A stretch of DNA of 48,716 nucleotides from IMG/VR virus record IMGVR_UViG_3300017774_007358, positions 1-48,716 of that record; one strand, written 5' to 3'. The notes below the pieces were generated by a model, which had not been told where the DNA came from, made no database searches, and saw only the letters and a list, made by a program, of their open reading frames with translations. Positions 44,431 to 48,716 of the stretch are shown here, piece after piece; the stretch's first letter is position 1, and every line of letters starts with the position of its first letter. The DNA comes from a virus (lineage: Duplodnaviria > Caudoviricetes). The translations under genes were made by a program, and so were the position numbers.

Positions 44431-45828
44431 TTATTTTTTTACTTCTATTTTTTTATCGGTGTCCTTTCCAGTTATAGTGTAATTGGATTTAGCTTTGTTT
44501 ATAAATTCATTATAGACTTTTAGGTATTGATCTAAAGCATTTTTTTCCCCTGATGCAGTAGCATAATTTTCTATTGCAGCTTGTAAATCTGATATCCCGT
44601 CTTTTATTTCTTCATACATGACTTTTCTAAGTCCTTCTCCTACTGTTACCTTTTTATCGTCTTTATCTTCTGTATATGCTTCTACATTTTTAAAATATTC
44701 TGCCATTGACATTTCCCCTGAATCAACCAAATCTTTTGCTTCCTGTATTTGATTTTTTCCCAATCCAATATTTCCAATAAAATCATTGTGCATCTTAATT
44801 GTAAATCCTTTTTGGGCGCCTGTATCTCTCGTTATTAATTTAATTTTATCGGCGCCTGTAGCTCCCCAAGCCTCCCAAAATGTATACATTGTACCTGTTT
44901 TTTCTTCTCCTGGACCGAATAATGTTTCTCTTGCAGTCTTTATTGTTCCAATAGTATCTTCTGCTGTCTTAACTATAGCATCTGATTCCTCTGCACTCGA
45001 AAATAGTAAACTAATTTCTTTAATACAGGCGGACGAAGTTCTAAGACACATTTCAGAATTTTTCATTATAGTTCTAAGCCTTAAAGGATCTATAGGTATA
45101 TTCCATCCCTCTGGCCAATCCCCCGCTTTCTTTTTTCCTTCGTCTGTTACTGTCGTCCCGTTCCATCCCCCGGGGGTTTTTAATTTCTCGGGCGTAGATT
45201 CTGTTATGAATATGGGTTTTCCTTCATCCACATTTTTTGGCTGGTACAAACCTGCTAACAAAGAAATAACTCCTAAATCATCAAACCCTTCGGGGATTTT
45301 ATCTCCAAATAAAATTTTAACTTCTCCCGTAGCTTTTTTCGATTCAATGAATCCCTTAATCCCGCCGTAAATCCCACCGATATAGTCAGCTAAGTCGTCA
45401 TTTTTTACATCATTGCTTAGAATTTTATCGATAGTTCCAGCTTTAGGTACGTCTATTTCTAAAATTTCTGATAATAGACCAGGTTTAGTTTTAGATCCTT
45501 TTTCTTTCTTATCCTTAACAAAAGGGGGATAATCGAATTTTTCTCCCTTTAAACAGTATTTAGCAAATTGGTATAGCTTTTCCCATTTAAGAGATGAATC
45601 TATCATACTAAACCCTTCTTTTGCTAATTTTAATAGAACGTCCTCTGTTACTTTTATTATATTTACTTGGTCTTTCTCACTTTTTATCTGACTATAATAT
45701 TCAAGAAACCAAGGACCACTTCCGGGTTTCCAAATTATAGGGTCCTTACTATTCTCCTTGGAATCATCCGATCCGGATTTATCCTTTTTTTTCTCCAATA
45801 AAAACTCAGAAAAATTACTTATCTCCAT
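44431..45828 (-). CDS. Large charged protein, putative head-internal/ejected protein
   Basis: N-terminus MEISNFSEFLLE closely resembles the T4 capsid-targeting sequence. Confidence 0.65.
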   Translation of the reverse strand: MEISNFSEFLLEKKKDKSGSDDSKENSKDPIIWKPGSGPWFLEYYSQIKSEKDQVNIIKVTEDVLLKLAKEGFSMIDSSLKWEKLYQFAKYCLKGEKFDYPPFVKDKKEKGSKTKPGLLSEILEIDVPKAGTIDKILSNDVKNDDLADYIGGIYGGIKGFIESKKATGEVKILFGDKIPEGFDDLGVISLLAGLYQPKNVDEGKPIFITESTPEKLKTPGGWNGTTVTDEGKKKAGDWPEGWNIPIDPLRLRTIMKNSEMCLRTSSACIKEISLLFSSAEESDAIVKTAEDTIGTIKTARETLFGPGEEKTGTMYTFWEAWGATGADKIKLITRDTGAQKGFTIKMHNDFIGNIGLGKNQIQEAKDLVDSGEMSMAEYFKNVEAYTEDKDDKKVTVGEGLRKVMYEEIKDGISDLQAAIENYATASGEKNALDQYLKVYNEFINKAKSNYTITGKDTDKKIEVKK

Positions 45829-45834
45829 TTCTTA

Positions 45835-47370
45835 TTATTTTGGTAAATCTTTTCTAATCTGTTCTACCTCTTTTATATATTCGTCTAATTTTTTCTGAAA
45901 ATCCAGAGTTATCTTAGATGTATCTTCTTTATAACTAGAATCTAAAATTCCTATAGATTTCATAAGCCGTATAGTTGTTACTAAAGATTTTTTTAGCTTT
46001 TTATCATAATTCCCTGTATCTTCAAGTGATTCTGCTTCAGGAAGAACTAAATTCAGTTTTTTCTTTACTGATTTTACAGATTCGGGATCTTTATCTCCCT
46101 CTTTTATTTCTTTATATTCTTTATTTTCTTCTTTCTTTTCCCCTTCCCCCTCCTTAATCTTAACAGTAGAATTTTTATCACCCTCTGCTTTATCAATCAC
46201 ATCAGAAATAGATTTCGTAAAAGTTTTCTTTGATGCTTCGTTGTATATTTTAAGTTCTTTCTTGGTATCATCTACACTTCCCTTAACTATTTTACCTATC
46301 GCAATTTGTTCTTTTTGTTTATCTGCACTTTTTGCATCATCCCAATCTTCCTTTTTGTAATATACCTGTTTATCTTCTCCGTCTTTTAGGGATTTCCAAC
46401 CGTATGATTCTATTGATTTTTTAGGGTCCTCTTTCGTTTCAGATTCTGAATCTTCTATCTTAGTTTTTTCTGCTTCTAAAGACTGCTTTTTTTCTACCTC
46501 TTCTAGTGAAGTATTTGCAGAACTTAAAGAAGCCAATGATTTTTTTAAAATATCATCTATTTCTTTAGCTACCCCGTATTTTATAGCTATCTTAGAAAGA
46601 GTATCATTCAATTCATTTTCTATCGATATGACTGCAAATCTAGAATTTTGTACCTCTTCTGCTCTCTCTGTTCTTTTCTTCTTTTCAAATCCAGAATCAT
46701 CTTGGAGGGTTTTTATTATATCGTCATATTTTTTAAGTGCAGATTTGGCTGCAGATTTCATTTCTGCAAATATGGACTTTGTAGAAAGTTCTGCTGTCTT
46801 AGCACGTAAAGGAATTAGCCTTTTTATTATCCTTATTCTTTCTTTTTGATATAGATCTTTTTCTAGAAGTAAATCTCCAATATATTCCAAAGATTCGTTT
46901 TTCTTTTCTAACTCAGGAATTTCCGTGTTTTTTACGTTCGATACCAGATTATCAAGATATGAAATAATCATATCTTTTATTTTCTTCTTTATATTAAGTA
47001 ATTGCCCTTTGTCTTCTGCTAATATTTTATCATAAGCTTGTTTTAAAAACTCCATGGATTTTTTATATTCATCCATAGAACTTTTAAGCTCTGGTGTTCT
47101 CTTAACGACAAGATCGGATATTTTATTTATGGTTTGAACCATAAGTTCTCCTCTTTTGTCATTTTCTGAATTTGATATTGCCTGATAATCTGCTACTGCA
47201 TCTTTATATTGATTTATTCTAGTAACTATTACCCCATATATCTGGAAAAATATATTCATCACTACATCAATAGATTTCATCTGAACCCCCTCTGCAGGAG
47301 CTTCATCATCTTCAAAAATACCACTAAATTGCCTAAAATTTAGGACTGATTTTTTTTGCATATAAAACAC
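45835..47370 (-). CDS. Coiled-coil putative head-internal protein with possible C-terminal peptidoglycan-binding-like domain
   Basis: N-terminus MQKKSVLNFRQFSGIFE (likely start ATG 47361); IKEGDKDPESVKSVKKKL...TGNYD. Confidence 0.6.
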   Translation of the reverse strand: MFYMQKKSVLNFRQFSGIFEDDEAPAEGVQMKSIDVVMNIFFQIYGVIVTRINQYKDAVADYQAISNSENDKRGELMVQTINKISDLVVKRTPELKSSMDEYKKSMEFLKQAYDKILAEDKGQLLNIKKKIKDMIISYLDNLVSNVKNTEIPELEKKNESLEYIGDLLLEKDLYQKERIRIIKRLIPLRAKTAELSTKSIFAEMKSAAKSALKKYDDIIKTLQDDSGFEKKKRTERAEEVQNSRFAVISIENELNDTLSKIAIKYGVAKEIDDILKKSLASLSSANTSLEEVEKKQSLEAEKTKIEDSESETKEDPKKSIESYGWKSLKDGEDKQVYYKKEDWDDAKSADKQKEQIAIGKIVKGSVDDTKKELKIYNEASKKTFTKSISDVIDKAEGDKNSTVKIKEGEGEKKEENKEYKEIKEGDKDPESVKSVKKKLNLVLPEAESLEDTGNYDKKLKKSLVTTIRLMKSIGILDSSYKEDTSKITLDFQKKLDEYIKEVEQIRKDLPK

Positions 47371-47382
47371 TTTCTAGCATTT

Positions 47383-47390
47383 TATATATC
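47383..47390 (-). promoter_or_regulatory. Putative late promoter GATATATA
   Basis: Intergenic, upstream of the three-gene operon. Confidence 0.6.
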
Positions 47391-47415
47391 CGTAATAAAA
47401 ATATTATTAATTGAT

Positions 47416-48393
47416 TTATTTAGAGAATTCATTTACCCAGAATTCCACCATTTCATCTAGCATAGTTTCAAAGGTATACTTTGGAGACCATTGGGTATGG
47501 GATTTTAATTTTGCGCAATCCCCCTTCAGATCAACTAATTCTTCGGGTCTTAGAAATTTTGAATCCTGGAGAACGTATTGTTTCCAATCCAGACCTAATT
47601 TACCAAAAACATATTCTACTAGATCTTTTACAGAATGGGATACCCCGGTAGAGCAAACGTAATCGTCTGGGTTTTCTTTCTGAAGAATCATCCACATAGC
47701 TTCCACGTAATCTTTCGCATGTCCCCAATCTCTTGTAGCATCCAAATTTCCTAGATAAAGCTTATCGGTGAGACCCAATTTTATTCTCACTGCTTCTTTA
47801 CAGACTTTATTAGTAACAAAATTAGTTCCTCTTCTAGGGGATTCGTGGTTAAATAGAACGCCATTAGAAACAAAAAGTCCATAAGAGTTTCTATAATTTT
47901 TACATATATTATACCCAAATACTTTCGCACACCCGTACGGAGAAACCGGACTCATTGGAGTAGTTTCCCTCTGGTACCCATCATCATCTATATTATTACC
48001 AAACATCTCGGATGAAGAAGCTTGGTACATTTTAATTTTTGGATTGTGTATTCTTATAGCTTCTAACACGTTTAAAACCCCAATTCCTGTGGTTTGAGCA
48101 GTGTATAAAGGTTGGTCAAACGATATTCTAACGTGACTCTGAGCTGCCAAATTATAAACCTCGTGGGGATCTGATATTTTTAATGCATGAATCAATGAAG
48201 ATAAATCATTAAGATCTGCGTAAATAAGATTATCTTTTATTTTGGAATACACTGAATCTATTCTTGTGGTTTGAGTTTCTGATACCGAATTTCTTTTTAC
48301 CGTTCCAAATACCTCATAACCTTTATCTAGGAGAAATTCTGCTAGATAAGAACCATCCTGTCCATTAATTCCTGTTATTAAAGCTCTTTTCAT
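47416..48393 (-). CDS. gmd: GDP-mannose 4,6-dehydratase
   Basis: ALITGINGQDGSYLAE, YNLAAQSHV, YQASSSEMFG, SPYGCAK, FNHESPRRG, RDWGHAKDY. Confidence 0.97.
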   Translation of the reverse strand: MKRALITGINGQDGSYLAEFLLDKGYEVFGTVKRNSVSETQTTRIDSVYSKIKDNLIYADLNDLSSLIHALKISDPHEVYNLAAQSHVRISFDQPLYTAQTTGIGVLNVLEAIRIHNPKIKMYQASSSEMFGNNIDDDGYQRETTPMSPVSPYGCAKVFGYNICKNYRNSYGLFVSNGVLFNHESPRRGTNFVTNKVCKEAVRIKLGLTDKLYLGNLDATRDWGHAKDYVEAMWMILQKENPDDYVCSTGVSHSVKDLVEYVFGKLGLDWKQYVLQDSKFLRPEELVDLKGDCAKLKSHTQWSPKYTFETMLDEMVEFWVNEFSK

Positions 48394-48716
48394 TTTCTTG
48401 ATTTTTCGTAATTTTCAATAAACCATTCTATAGATTTTCTTAAACCCTCTTCTATAGGGGTAAATTTAAAATCTGGTGCTAATGATCTTATCACTGAATT
48501 GTCACTTGGTTTCCTATATTGTCCTTCTGGTTTATTGGTATCCCATATGATCTTACCCTTGTAGTCATATATGTCCGCTATTAGATAAACTAGGTCCTTA
48601 ATAGAGATTTCATTGGAAGTTGATAGGATCACAGGAGACGCGTCCGTATAAGTTTCTAGTAGTATTTCTACCAACCTAGCTACATCTTCTGAATAAATAA
48701 ATTCTCTAAGTGGGGA
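48390..48716 (-). CDS. fcl: GDP-L-fucose synthase (Fcl/WcaG), C-terminal part; 5' end outside the window
   Basis: Frame open to window edge: SPLREFIYSEDVA..., EISIKDL, WDTNKPEGQYRK, TPIEEGL..SIEWF; ATGA overlap with gmd. Confidence 0.85.
   Translation of the reverse strand, partial: SPLREFIYSEDVARLVEILLETYTDASPVILSTSNEISIKDLVYLIADIYDYKGKIIWDTNKPEGQYRKPSDNSVIRSLAPDFKFTPIEEGLRKSIEWFIENYEKSRK

Noticed and set aside
1901-47662. Plus-strand ORFs in the track antisense to long minus-strand genes (e.g. 10490..10981, 20953..21441, 44786..45370)
   Set aside because: Ser/Phe/Leu/Ile-rich shadows of K/E-rich sense genes with no recognisable motifs or promoter motifs
1-48716. Stop-codon reassignment as seen in some large phages
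   Set aside because: Conserved genes are full length under the standard code, and TAA, TAG and TGA all occur at ordinary gene ends
1-48716. tRNA or other structured RNA genes
   Set aside because: Intergenic gaps are short and AT-rich and no cloverleaf motifs were seen by eye; tRNAscan-SE or Infernal would be decisive

Overview
AT-rich, densely coding fragment of a large T4-superfamily (jumbo-type) myophage genome, almost entirely on the minus strand and read with the standard genetic code. It holds virion and packaging genes: two tandem portal paralogs, gp2- and gp4-like head completion genes, large and small terminase, an enlarged tail sheath, two tandem tail-tube paralogs, and gp14-, gp15-, gp26- and gp51-like proteins. 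These are interleaved with replication and recombination genes (UvsX/RecA, gp41 helicase, gp46/47, clamp loader, RNase H/FEN, exonucleases), two sigma factors (gp55-like and ECF-like), nucleotide metabolism genes and GDP-fucose genes (gmd, partial fcl). Main observations from reading the sequence: (1) duplicated portal, tail-tube and a third structural gene; (2) two candidate programmed frameshifts, a -2 site with synonymous re-pairing in the gp26/gp51-like pair and a -1/A9 site at the end of a putative core protein; (3) two promoter classes, GATATATA before virion genes and GAAAC-N17/18-TATAA[TC] before replication genes, that match the two sigma factors; (4) a family of proteins with T4-like capsid-targeting N-termini, including a nucleotidyltransferase; (5) a UvsE homolog that has lost most metal ligands; (6) dispersed xTG motifs in virion proteins alongside GDP-fucose genes. 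All family assignments come from motif recognition by eye, not database searches. A Bacteroidota host is inferred, not shown. No tRNA, rRNA, CRISPR array or intein was seen.
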